From assembly GCA_902763155.1 (NCBI GenBank), contig CACWQS010000002.1:137566-201565 (forward strand): a DNA stretch of 64,000 bases. The letters are read 5' to 3'. A program made the translations under genes and the position numbers. This stretch comes from an uncultured Pseudomonadota bacterium. Its GTDB lineage: Bacteria > Pseudomonadota > Alphaproteobacteria > RF32 > CAG-239. The notes beneath the pieces are model-generated. The model did no database searches. It saw only the letters and a list, made by a program, of their open reading frames with translations, and was not told the DNA's origin. Positions 10,706-19,871 of the stretch are shown in pieces (the first letter of the stretch is position 1; each line of letters starts with the position of its first letter).

Positions 10706-11215
10706 TTATTTTACAGTTAAAATATCCAATAACTTTTGATTGGCTTCTTCAATGCTGCAATTACTATACACCGAAACTTCGCTTGCCAAGCGGCTAACTG
10801 CTTGCTCATAAATCTGGCGCTCGCTATAACTCTGTTCCGCCAAATTATCATTACGATGCAAATCACGCACCACTTCGGCAATCGCCACCGGATTACCGGA
10901 ATTGATTTTGTTTTCATATTCTTGAGCGCGCCGCGACCACATCACCTTTTTGATTTTTGCCTTACCTTGCAAAGTTTCAAAAGCCTCATTCATTGTTTTT
11001 TCATCAGAAATCTTGCGCAGGCCGACATGCGAAATTTTTGCGGTAGGAATACGCAATGTCATTTTATCCTTATCAAAGTTAACAACCAACATCTCCAATT
11101 CCGAACCGGCAATATTTTGTTTGGTAATATCGGCAACTTTGCCCACACCATGGGTAGGATAAACCACATATTCTCCGGCATTGAACGTCAGCGACGGCAA
11201 TTTTTTAATACTCAT
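10706..11215 (-). CDS. cdnL: CarD/CdnL family transcription regulator (RNAP-interacting)
   Basis: The MSIKKLPSLTFNAGEYVVYPTHGVGKV N-terminus is CarD_CdnL_TRCF-like. The track ORF starts 87 nt upstream, but the M at 11215 is the likely start. Confidence 0.75.
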   Translation of the reverse strand: MSIKKLPSLTFNAGEYVVYPTHGVGKVADITKQNIAGSELEMLVVNFDKDKMTLRIPTAKISHVGLRKISDEKTMNEAFETLQGKAKIKKVMWSRRAQEYENKINSGNPVAIAEVVRDLHRNDNLAEQSYSERQIYEQAVSRLASEVSVYSNCSIEEANQKLLDILTVK

Positions 11216-11360
11216 ATTTGCTCCTAAAAAACATAAATTATTCACATAAGACAAGGTTGAATATATCACATTTTTCGACCTAAATCCAGAGGAAAAATGC
11301 AAAAAAAAATAAAATATTTTTTGCTTGCATTTTAATTCTGCCGTTTTAATATAATCATTG

Positions 11361-11517
11361 TCGGCAGGTGTTCTGCCGATGGAGTATCCTAACTCCTTAA
11401 GAGAAAAAATCTCCGTCTAAGGGGAGCCGGCGAAATATATTGAATACGCCGGACTGCTCTCTTACAGTTAGGAACTCCCCTTGCTTTGCATTAAAGCAAG
11501 GTTTTTGTTTAACTTAA
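11361..11517 (+). ncRNA. candidate structured small RNA / cis-regulatory leader
   Basis: Sigma70-like promoter: -35 TTGCAT, -10 TATAAT at 11350-11355. Small hairpin CGGCAG-GTGTT-CTGCCG. A long-range stem pairs GGAGTATCCTAACTCCTTAAGAGA (11381-11404) with TCTCTTACAGTTAGGAACTCC (11458-11478) and encloses two internal hairpins. Ends in terminator hairpin CCTTGC...GCAAGG + TTTTT (11479-11516). Confidence 0.3.
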
Positions 11518-11536
11518 CAAAAGAGGAGTTCTGAAA

Positions 11537-11767
11537 ATGATAAATAATACAATAACATTTGATGAAAATACTATGCATGAAATCGGCAAAGGATTGTGGC
11601 TGGCACGCCAGGAAAAGCATTTGTTTATATATCAGGTAGCAAAACGCTCTCGTGTGCCGATAGATTTAATTGACACAATGGAATTGGGGAAAGCTATAGA
11701 AGACAATGCTCTGATTAAATTACTTAAATTTTACGGCAAAAAAATACGGATTGTAATTGAGGATTGA
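11537..11767 (+). CDS. small XRE-family HTH protein
   Basis: 76 aa. HTH segment LARQEKHLFIYQVAKRSRVPIDLIDTMELGK. RBS GAGGAG. Confidence 0.55.
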   Translation: MINNTITFDENTMHEIGKGLWLARQEKHLFIYQVAKRSRVPIDLIDTMELGKAIEDNALIKLLKFYGKKIRIVIED

Positions 11768-12041
11768 TTTTACTTATAATATTTATACTATTATTTAATA
11801 AGAAAATAATTGATAGCTATGAGCCATAGATGTTATAAAAATCATAGAGTGTATTTCTGTATTTGAAATGCACTCTATTTTTTTCACGTCATACTGACAC
11901 TGAATGACAATGAAGTGGAAGTATCCAGTAATGCCTATAGCATTACATCGTTTCAATGAAACTTTTAATTAAATTTTGTATTAACCACCGAAAACCGTGC
12001 GCTAAACCGTGCGGTTTTCGCATTTTAAAAGGAAAAATAAA

Positions 12042-12533
12042 ATGAGTAATTTATATAAATTCAATCAAGACACGCAAATTGATGAATTTGGTGTCGACCA
12101 TTCCAATTTCTCGCTACGAGATGAAATTGAGTATAACACTATGCGGGCTAATCAATCTATGCCCAAACAGCAAAATCCGGTAAGACAAATTGTTGGCGCA
12201 GTTGCGGATATGACGCGAAATTATTTCGATATGAAACGTGATAACACTGTTGGTGCCGATGACTATTTTCATTGTAAAGCCAATTATGAAGCCGCAAATC
12301 ATGGACCATGGGGCGAATTAACAGCACAAATTGTTGGTGATACTAAAGAAGGATTTGACTATTTAAAAAATAGGTTTTACAAAGGATTTAGCTATCCGGA
12401 TGCTTTATCTGATTATTTGCACGACAAAGATGTTAATCTACAAGGGCGACAATTATCAAAGAATCCGTTGTACTCTAACTCAATAGAAGCTTGTCAATAT
12501 CAACGAGTAAAAGATATAAATGAGAAATATTAA
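12042..12533 (+). CDS. serum amyloid A (SAA)-like domain protein
   Basis: Core VADMTRNYFDMKRDNTVGADDYFHCKANYEAANHGPWGELTAQIVGDTKE aligns by eye to the vertebrate SAA core [54 protein letters not shown]. The C-terminus ends ...EKY, as vertebrate SAA does. No signal peptide. Start chosen at MSNLYK (RBS AAGGAAAA). Confidence 0.6.
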   Translation: MSNLYKFNQDTQIDEFGVDHSNFSLRDEIEYNTMRANQSMPKQQNPVRQIVGAVADMTRNYFDMKRDNTVGADDYFHCKANYEAANHGPWGELTAQIVGDTKEGFDYLKNRFYKGFSYPDALSDYLHDKDVNLQGRQLSKNPLYSNSIEACQYQRVKDINEKY

Positions 12534-12801
12534 AAACTTTATGATAACGCTATTCGTTTTTTACCTTAAGGTATGCACGTTTATCGGTTTTATGTTGGTA
12601 ACACTATGCCTTATCGGCGGTATTTATTTGTTTGTTACAGATTCTGATCTTCTGGCTGTAGATTCATGTTTAGATGCCGGAAAAGTCTGGGATTATGAAC
12701 AAAAAATCTGCCGCGATGACTGCTTGACGTGGAATGAAAAAATCGGTTGCGTGCCGATAACAAAAGAAAATATCGAAAAGAAAGCCAAAGGATTATTGTA
12801 A
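12520..12801 (+). CDS. small membrane protein with C-terminal DSCLDxG Cys-rich tail
   Basis: 93 aa, two TM helices, then DSCLDAGKVWDYEQKICRDDCLTWNEKIGC. Overlaps the SAA-like gene by 14 nt. Paralog of 51801..52211. Confidence 0.5.
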   Translation: MRNIKNFMITLFVFYLKVCTFIGFMLVTLCLIGGIYLFVTDSDLLAVDSCLDAGKVWDYEQKICRDDCLTWNEKIGCVPITKENIEKKAKGLL

Positions 12802-12808
12802 ACGGAAA

Positions 12809-12839
12809 GGGCAAGAGCGAAAAACTCTTGCCTTTTTTT
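12809..12839 (+). terminator. rho-independent terminator
   Basis: GGCAAGAG-CGAAAAA-CTCTTGCC followed by TTTTTTT. Confidence 0.7.
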
Positions 12840-12886
12840 ATGTAATTTGTTACATAATATTCAGATAAAAAATAGGGCTTAGAAAT

Positions 12887-13351
12887 ATGGAAAAGTTTTT
12901 CAAACATTCGGTTAAGGCAATTATTATCAAAAACGGTAAACTGTTAACCGTCAGCGTAGATTATGGGCGCGGGAGGTATTGCAAGTTGCCGGGCGGCGGT
13001 CAAGAATGGGGCGAAACCATGTCAGAAACCATCATCCGCGAGTGCAAGGAAGAATTGAACCTTGATATTAAGCCTTTACGTTTGGTTTTGGCGCGAGATT
13101 ATATCGCCAAGAATCATCAGCAACCGTATGATTTAGATTGTTTTCATTTAGCCGAATTGATGTTTGAGTGTGAAGCGGCTGACTTTTCAACTCTCGGCAA
13201 CGGCTCTGAACCGGATAGTAACGAGCAAAAAATCAAGTGGATAGATTTAAATGATTTGGAAAGCTCTGATTTTTACCCGAAGGCAATAATCCCTTATTTA
13301 AAAAATCTCAAAAACATTAAAGAAACGATCGTTTTGGGTGATGTGAATTAG
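12887..13351 (+). CDS. NUDIX hydrolase
   Basis: Nudix box LPGGGQEWGETMSETIIRECKEELNL. Confidence 0.8.
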   Translation: MEKFFKHSVKAIIIKNGKLLTVSVDYGRGRYCKLPGGGQEWGETMSETIIRECKEELNLDIKPLRLVLARDYIAKNHQQPYDLDCFHLAELMFECEAADFSTLGNGSEPDSNEQKIKWIDLNDLESSDFYPKAIIPYLKNLKNIKETIVLGDVN

Positions 13352-13517
13352 TCAATGGCGAAAATAAATATCATTGCTCCTTACATCGGCATCATCTTCG
13401 CACTATAAGCCGTAAAAGTTGTTTTTTAATTTTCCTATCTATCTATTAAATTCTTGACTTTAGCAAATATCTGATTATACTAAAAATTGACAAATTTATT
13501 ATCTAAATATAAACATT

Positions 13518-14150
13518 ATGAAAAAGTTATTATTTATGATGGCTTTGACAACGGTGTTGTTCACGGCCTGCGAAGTTGAAGACCCTGTTGCCGAGGCACA
13601 GGAGCGGGAAAATGCCTTTTGGCTTGATGCCGAGGCTCAAACCGGTGAAAAATCGTATGAAGCCACAATAACGCGGCTTTATGCGGTGGTGTTCCGTCAG
13701 AACTTAATTGTTCCGACTCACGCTTATGTGATGGAGTTGAACTCTAAGCGCTATTTTTATATGTTCCGTTCTCGTTTCGGTATGGACTTAAAGGTTGGCG
13801 ACAAGATTAGCTTCAAAACCAATCCCAATAATCCTTATGAGATTATAGCCATCAACGGTTATGATTTGAGCGGGACCGAAAGTGCCAACGGCGGGAATAA
13901 TTCCGGTGCCGGACAGTATTTGGTAGCTTCTAACCCGATTGAGGCAACCATTCAAGGTATCTTCTCAATGAAGGTGAAATATTTATTGCCACAGCTTGTT
14001 GATATGGTGTTTATCGCCACAACTGACGGTAACCTCATCTACATTAAGCGTGAGAAATTAAATATTGACTTAAAACCCGGAGATCGCATCGTTTATAGCG
14101 TATATACGTTTGTGCCAAATTCGGTAGTGGAACTTAAAAAGCTTCGCTAA
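13518..14150 (+). CDS. putative lipoprotein, unknown function
   Basis: Lipobox LFTAC at the end of the signal peptide. 210 aa, no recognisable domain. Confidence 0.55.
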   Translation: MKKLLFMMALTTVLFTACEVEDPVAEAQERENAFWLDAEAQTGEKSYEATITRLYAVVFRQNLIVPTHAYVMELNSKRYFYMFRSRFGMDLKVGDKISFKTNPNNPYEIIAINGYDLSGTESANGGNNSGAGQYLVASNPIEATIQGIFSMKVKYLLPQLVDMVFIATTDGNLIYIKREKLNIDLKPGDRIVYSVYTFVPNSVVELKKLR

Positions 14151-14156
14151 TTAACA

Positions 14157-14196
14157 ACAAAAAAATCCCTGTCACAAATCAGCGACAGGGATTTTT
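14157..14196. terminator. bidirectional rho-independent terminator
   Basis: ATCCCTGTC...GACAGGGAT hairpin flanked by an A-run and a T-run, between convergent genes. Confidence 0.65.
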
Positions 14197-14213
14197 CTTG
14201 CTTCAAACAAAAA

Positions 14214-14486
14214 TTATTTCAAAGAATCCTTCAAAACTTTACCAGCTTTAAAGCGCGGAGCCTTAGAAGCAGGAATTTTGATTTCTTTACCGTTAGCCGG
14301 ATTGCGACCCATACGAGCAGCACGCTTAGCTACATCAAATGTACCAAAACCGGTAATTTGAACAGCATTACCTTTTTTCAAAGACTTTGTAATAACAGCA
14401 ATAGCAGCATTAACAACTTGAGTGGTAGCAGCTTTAGATGCTTTAGCTTCAGCAGCAACTGCATCAATGAATTCAGTCTTATTCAT
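14214..14486 (-). CDS. hupB: DNA-binding protein HU
   Basis: 90 aa. MNKTEFIDAVA...GFGTF...RNPxTGxxIxIP signature. Confidence 0.92.
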   Translation of the reverse strand: MNKTEFIDAVAAEAKASKAATTQVVNAAIAVITKSLKKGNAVQITGFGTFDVAKRAARMGRNPANGKEIKIPASKAPRFKAGKVLKDSLK

Positions 14487-14582
14487 GTTTATTCCTTTCT
14501 AATGTTTAAAGTCTGGGGCATACCGCCCTTTCACCTGTAATATTCCAAACATTTTTTACAAATGTCAAATAAATTCGTATGT

Positions 14583-15368
14583 TTATAACAATAACTTTCG
14601 TTTTTTTAGCAATTTTTCTTCTTTTTCGCGTCTCAAACGCTCTTTTTCCTCTTTTGCACGCTTATCTTCAATGAGTCCGGCGGCTCTGAAACTGAAATCA
14701 TCATACTGCGAAATAATCACGTGGTCATAAACTTCTATGTCTAAAATTTCCAAGGCCTGAACAATTTCATCCGTTGTCCAGCGGTCAGCATCTGAAGGTT
14801 TGCATCTCCCTGACGGATGATTATGCACTAAAATAACAATCGGAGCCTTAAAATCTAAAGCCATTCTGGCAACTGTTTGCGCCGGAGCATAAGTGCTGTT
14901 CAGCGTTCCGCCGCTTATCTGTTTTTCTCCCAACAACTCCAATCTGCTGTTTAAGAAAAAAGCCCAAAATTCTTCGGTATCTTTATAGCCGATTCTCTTA
15001 CGGCAATAATCAATAAAAATATCCCATACTTCAAATATCGGACGATTACCCTCGGCGAAACACGAGCTGGAAGTGCGCAACCCGCAAGTTGCAATCGCTT
15101 TCAGCAAAGTTACTACATTTTCAGTCAGTTCACCCTTTTCGACCAAATCGTGCTTTGATGCGTTCAAAATCTGCGCAAGATTACCAAAATTTTTAATCAA
15201 TTTTTTAGCCAGCGGTTTCACATCACGACGCGGTATGGCATACATCAACAAAAGTTCCAACAACTCATAGTCCGGCATACTCATACCGTCATCAACCAAA
15301 AATCTTTCTTTTAATCTGGCACGATGCCCTAAATAATCCGGCTTTTGGTCATTATTTTGCGCTGTCAT
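14583..15368 (-). CDS. radC: RadC-like JAB/MPN domain protein
   Basis: HhH N-domain and JAMM motif HNHPSG. Confidence 0.85.
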   Translation of the reverse strand: MTAQNNDQKPDYLGHRARLKERFLVDDGMSMPDYELLELLLMYAIPRRDVKPLAKKLIKNFGNLAQILNASKHDLVEKGELTENVVTLLKAIATCGLRTSSSCFAEGNRPIFEVWDIFIDYCRKRIGYKDTEEFWAFFLNSRLELLGEKQISGGTLNSTYAPAQTVARMALDFKAPIVILVHNHPSGRCKPSDADRWTTDEIVQALEILDIEVYDHVIISQYDDFSFRAAGLIEDKRAKEEKERLRREKEEKLLKKRKLLL

Positions 15369-15388
15369 AGTCCAAGTCCCTGTTATAC

Positions 15389-16189
15389 TTATTTATATGG
15401 TGGCTTATCAAGCCCTTTAGGAGAATATGTGAACACCTCAACCCCGTCTTTGGTTACTCCCATCGAATGTTCAAACTGCGCTGACCATTGATGGTCACAT
15501 GTAACCGCCGTCCAACCGTTAGAAAGGATAACCCCGTCTTTCTTTCCCATATTTATCATCGGCTCTATAGTGAACAGCATACCTTCTTCCATAGCCGGAC
15601 CTGTCCCCTTGCGCCCGCAATGCAACACATTCGGCTCATCATGAAAAACTTTGCCCAAACCATGTCCGCAAAACATATCTACCACCGAATATCCGTATTT
15701 ATGCGCATATTCTTCAATCACGGCACCAATATCCCCAAAATGCGCTCCCGGTCTTACCACATCTATCCCGCGCATCAAACATTCGTAGGTAACTTCACAC
15801 AAGCGCTTACCTTTTATCTTCGGTTTTCCGGCAAAATACATCCGGCTGGTATCACCGTAATAACCGTCAACAATCGCCGTAACATCAATATTCAAAATAT
15901 CGCCGTCAGCTAATTTACGTTCATAATCCGGAATACCGTGGCAAATCACCTGATTGATGGAAATACATGTTGCCTTCGGATACCCGTGATACCCCAAACA
16001 AGCCGAAACTGCGCCATGTTCTTCCATAAATTTCAGGCACAAATCATCAAGCTCACCCGTTGTAACACCTACCTGCACATAATCGGTGATAAAATCCAAG
16101 CATTCGGCCGCCACCCTGCCGGCTTTGCGCATACCTTCAAAATCGGCCGGTTCATCATATATTTTGATATTGTCTTTATTTACCCGCAA
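15389..16189 (-). CDS. map: methionine aminopeptidase type I
   Basis: 266 aa. Metal-binding residues in conserved contexts (DVTAIVDGYYGDTSRMY, FCGHGLG). Confidence 0.9.
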   Translation of the reverse strand: MRVNKDNIKIYDEPADFEGMRKAGRVAAECLDFITDYVQVGVTTGELDDLCLKFMEEHGAVSACLGYHGYPKATCISINQVICHGIPDYERKLADGDILNIDVTAIVDGYYGDTSRMYFAGKPKIKGKRLCEVTYECLMRGIDVVRPGAHFGDIGAVIEEYAHKYGYSVVDMFCGHGLGKVFHDEPNVLHCGRKGTGPAMEEGMLFTIEPMINMGKKDGVILSNGWTAVTCDHQWSAQFEHSMGVTKDGVEVFTYSPKGLDKPPYK

Positions 16190-16260
16190 CGTTTTTCTCC
16201 TTTACAAAGCAAGGAATATAACATTTGCGCACAAAAAACAAGAGCTATTTTGCAATAATC

Positions 16261-18495
16261 CTATCTGCTACCATAACCGCCGTTTTTGAAATTTCGCTCC
16301 AAGCGGCGTTGCTCTTTTTGTTCTCTTTTCTTTTCGTGGCGAGATTTTTTGCCTGATTTATCTTTTTTGCTCAGCTTTTCTTTACCGGCGTTTTTGCCTA
16401 TAGTGATAATCTTGCCGGCTTCGCGCTTACCGTAATTATGCTTTTTACCGAATTCTTTCTGACTTTCCTCAGCTTTGCGCTGATGGTTTGATTGCACCCG
16501 CGGGGTTTCTTCTTCCAACAGCAAGGCTTTTTCAAGCATATCGTCTTGCTTGGTCATCAGCCGTTCGCCGGTTTTGCTCAAAAGGGCTATAACCACATCG
16601 GCACGGTTGGTTTCCTGATACAGTCCGTTCATAGATTTCAGCACAATTTGTCCGCTGCCCGGAGTGCGTTCCAGCGCCAAAAAGCATTGGTCTTCAATGT
16701 TTATACGGCGGATAACGTTTGAATATCCCGGCTTTAGCTCAATTATATCACCGTTGGCAAAATTATGAAATTCAATGCGTTTGTTGTCTTGCAGGGCGCG
16801 GGCGCTGTTTTCGCGCTGGTCAAAGTTGCCGTGCAGGCCGATAACCTGCAGCTTTTTGCCTTTGCGCGCCATAAGTTTGAAGGCATTTTTGCAGTGTTTC
16901 ATCACATTGCTGATAGATTGTCTTAAGCCGCCGGCTTTGTTGTGGCCGCTCATCTGGCGTTTTTTAACAAAATGACACATCTTGAGCAGGTCGGCAACCT
17001 TGTGTTTTTCCAGCTCGGCTTTGCTCAGTTCGTTTAGGAAAATGGTAGCACCGCAACGTGCAGCTCCGCGATAGGTTTCCACCGTTTGCCAAAAGCGCAC
17101 ACCGCCGATAAGGCGTTGACAGCCGTCTATCACGCATTTGCGACCCAAAGGAAAATGCCCTTCGTCGCCGCGTATCATATGCACCAAACCGGAAACCTGG
17201 TCGCCAGACTCTTTTTCATAGCCTTCGCCAAATGCCCCGCTAACGAAAAGATTTTGCTTATTAAAGTCCACATCTTGGTTATATTTTTCGGCATCAGGTT
17301 TTATAATATTATTATAGCTCCACACCACATCTTTGAAATCTTCGGCGCGATACATTTTCACATTTTGCTCGCGCAAAGCATTCAAGTTCTTTTCCGAAGT
17401 TTTTTGCAAATGGCCGCGTTTATCAATATAGAATATTTCATTACATTCCTGCCAAGCACGAAAAGATTCGCGCATCTGCCAGCCGTCGATAAACACTTTT
17501 TTGCCTTGTTCGGCACAAACCACCAAAGATGGCAGCCAGTTTTCAATGCTGCGCGAAATGAGCGGGGTGATGATGCGCGCTTCTTTGTTGTAATTAAAAA
17601 TTTCTCTTACGGCATTACAACTGTCTTCAAAACTAAACTCTTCTTCGGCGTTTTCGTTGCCGTAATCATCAAATTCAGCAAGGACTTCTTCCATTCCGGT
17701 AGAAGTAGAATCAGCCCCGATATGGGTAATATCGTGCTTAGAAAGGAACTTTTGCGCTTCCGGATTATCGCCGGAAAGGCCGGTGAGAGAAGCTGATACC
17801 CGATTATCGCCGGGGTTCAAATATCCCACGCCAGACGGGCTGGAAAGAATGTATCCGTATGAGCCGACGGTGGGGTGCGAAACCGGCAGCGAGCCCACTT
17901 TCAGCTCTTTGATTTTTTCGTCTTTATACGGAGCCAAAATTTTGAACTGCGGAAAAGAGCCTTTCGGCAAATGATATTGCTTTAAGAGAGAATAGAATCT
18001 TTTTTGGGTATATTCGCTACCGAACAGCGGCGGCATTTGCAGCTTATGTTCGTGGGCATACAGGGTCATATAAATGAGCGAATCCAAATGGTCGGCATGG
18101 CAATGGGTAATAAAAATGGCGTCAAGCGGATATTTGGCTTTTTCTCCGTCCGGCGAGGGCAAAAACATTCTGAAATCGGGCATATAAGAATCATATTGGG
18201 AATTTTTTTCAATATATTCTTGGGCTTGTTCTTCGTTTTGCTCTTCGTTTTTGCCGGAAGAAAGTTTGACTCCGGCATCTATCATAATTCGACGTGTTTT
18301 ACCGTTTTCTTCATACTCAAACACTTGGCAATTTGCACCAATCCCGTCATTATTGCCGGCCGGAACCCCCCCCCACAAGCCATAATCTCGTTTGTTCGTT
18401 TTGCTGTGCCATGTCATTAACTCCGCTAATATATTTTTCACGTTTGCTTCATTATACACAAATATTGACAAAATGCAAACATTTTTATTCCGCAT
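16261..18495 (-). CDS. rnj: ribonuclease J-like metallo-beta-lactamase/beta-CASP nuclease with large insertions and a Lys-rich C-terminal tail
   Basis: MBL motifs (IDAGVK; ITHCHADHLDS; PVSHPTVGSYGY). DSTST and ISRSIENW segments resemble beta-CASP. HGNFDQRE and NGDIIEL resemble the RNase J C-terminal region. At 744 aa it is about 190 aa longer than typical RNase J. The C-terminal 60 aa are K/R/E-rich. Confidence 0.55.
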   Translation of the reverse strand: MRNKNVCILSIFVYNEANVKNILAELMTWHSKTNKRDYGLWGGVPAGNNDGIGANCQVFEYEENGKTRRIMIDAGVKLSSGKNEEQNEEQAQEYIEKNSQYDSYMPDFRMFLPSPDGEKAKYPLDAIFITHCHADHLDSLIYMTLYAHEHKLQMPPLFGSEYTQKRFYSLLKQYHLPKGSFPQFKILAPYKDEKIKELKVGSLPVSHPTVGSYGYILSSPSGVGYLNPGDNRVSASLTGLSGDNPEAQKFLSKHDITHIGADSTSTGMEEVLAEFDDYGNENAEEEFSFEDSCNAVREIFNYNKEARIITPLISRSIENWLPSLVVCAEQGKKVFIDGWQMRESFRAWQECNEIFYIDKRGHLQKTSEKNLNALREQNVKMYRAEDFKDVVWSYNNIIKPDAEKYNQDVDFNKQNLFVSGAFGEGYEKESGDQVSGLVHMIRGDEGHFPLGRKCVIDGCQRLIGGVRFWQTVETYRGAARCGATIFLNELSKAELEKHKVADLLKMCHFVKKRQMSGHNKAGGLRQSISNVMKHCKNAFKLMARKGKKLQVIGLHGNFDQRENSARALQDNKRIEFHNFANGDIIELKPGYSNVIRRINIEDQCFLALERTPGSGQIVLKSMNGLYQETNRADVVIALLSKTGERLMTKQDDMLEKALLLEEETPRVQSNHQRKAEESQKEFGKKHNYGKREAGKIITIGKNAGKEKLSKKDKSGKKSRHEKKREQKEQRRLERNFKNGGYGSR

Positions 18496-18555
18496 ATTGA
18501 ATTTTTTTAATCTGCAAATACATTGTAAATAAATTTTTCATGTCAGGAGAAAAAA

Positions 18556-19044
18556 ATGTTCAAAAATTCTTATTTAAATTTTGTTTTCAGCCTTATTGTT
18601 GTCCTCATCACCGGTGCACTATGCAGTTGGTTTAATCGCGTCGGTATGGCATCTTTCTATGAGCAAATTGAAAAATCACCACTCACACCTCCAAATATCG
18701 TTTTTCCGATTGTTTGGACTATCCTCTACATTTTACTGGTTTTGGCGTTTGATATTATCCTTAATATCCATGAAAAACCTATAAAACCGGCTGTTTGGTT
18801 GTTTATTGGTAATATGATTTTGCAAATTTTGTGGTGTTGGGCATTTTTCAACAACGGACAATTTTTGATAGCTCTTATTATTTTAATGATACTCGATATT
18901 GCCACCGCCATTTTAGTAAGCCAATTTTACAAACTCGATAAGGCGGCCGGCTGGCTTTTGGCGCCATATATGCTCTGGGTATTGTTTGCCACATATCTGA
19001 ATTGGGAAGTTGTCGCACTAAACGGTAATGTTTTTACATACTAA
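18556..19044 (+). CDS. tspO: tryptophan-rich sensory protein TspO/MBR family
   Basis: 162 aa, 5 TM helices, Trp-rich (WTILYILL..WCWAFFN..WLLAPYMLWVLFATYLNWEVVALN). Confidence 0.8.
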   Translation: MFKNSYLNFVFSLIVVLITGALCSWFNRVGMASFYEQIEKSPLTPPNIVFPIVWTILYILLVLAFDIILNIHEKPIKPAVWLFIGNMILQILWCWAFFNNGQFLIALIILMILDIATAILVSQFYKLDKAAGWLLAPYMLWVLFATYLNWEVVALNGNVFTY

Positions 19045-19871
19045 AAAGCATAGCGCAAAGCAAACGAGCATAAATCCTTGCTACCGCATGCACAACCGGC
19101 AATAGCATCATCTTCCAAGAACGGCGTCGGCTGAAATCTGTCATTAGGCCGCGCCACATTTAACAGATATTGCGGTCTCGGTTGCACTAAAATCCACCGT
19201 CCGCCGGCATCTTGCACCCGTTGCGGCTTAGCTTCCGCAACCTGTCTGTCGATGTCTTCCAATGCCTTATCATACCCGTCATCACCGACAACACCGAGTG
19301 CCACCGCCTGCAAACCTTGCTCTTCATTTCCCCAATTCATCTGTGCCAATGCCACACAAATTTTATGCGATAACCCTTGATACGAAAGCTTAAAAGTCGG
19401 CGTTGCATCTTCCGTCGGCAAAGACGGCATAATCACTATTTTTCCGCCAAAAGCATGACGCAGTTCTCCATTTCGCTTAACCATAGATGGTGAAATTACC
19501 CCCGACTGCACCAAATACTGCGGTTCCATCTGCAATTTTAGCCCCTTTGCGGCATAGGCCTGTCGAATATTATCCACTAATTGTGAAATTTGCGCCGTTG
19601 TCACATTGAGCCGGTTTTGGTCGCGAACATGGACATAGGCTGTTTGTATCAGCTTAGCTCCATAAATAAGCACTGCGCACACCAAAAAAATCAACACTAT
19701 TTTTCCCGCCGTTTTCCAACGCTTAACTTCAATATCGTTTTCTTCACGGTTGGCGCGATCCCAGTAAGCCCGCATCCGCTCCAAGCTCTCCATTGCCTGT
19801 TGCTCTTTAGATTTATGTTCCTCTGCGCTTTCTTCAACCATAAATCTTACCCTGTAATACGCCCGTGGCAA
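19041..19871 (-). CDS. membrane-anchored periplasmic protein of unknown function, overlaps the secA 3' end
   Basis: One TM helix ([16 protein letters not shown]), then about 200 aa with a C-terminal CACGSKDLC. The first 10 aa are Arg-rich, so the true start may be the internal MVEES. Confidence 0.45.
   Translation of the reverse strand: MPRAYYRVRFMVEESAEEHKSKEQQAMESLERMRAYWDRANREENDIEVKRWKTAGKIVLIFLVCAVLIYGAKLIQTAYVHVRDQNRLNVTTAQISQLVDNIRQAYAAKGLKLQMEPQYLVQSGVISPSMVKRNGELRHAFGGKIVIMPSLPTEDATPTFKLSYQGLSHKICVALAQMNWGNEEQGLQAVALGVVGDDGYDKALEDIDRQVAEAKPQRVQDAGGRWILVQPRPQYLLNVARPNDRFQPTPFLEDDAIAGCACGSKDLCSFALRYAF

Noticed and set aside
10736-11227. 163-aa plus-strand ORF
   Set aside because: Antisense shadow of cdnL.
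17086-17796. 236-aa plus-strand ORF
   Set aside because: Antisense shadow within the RNase J-like gene.
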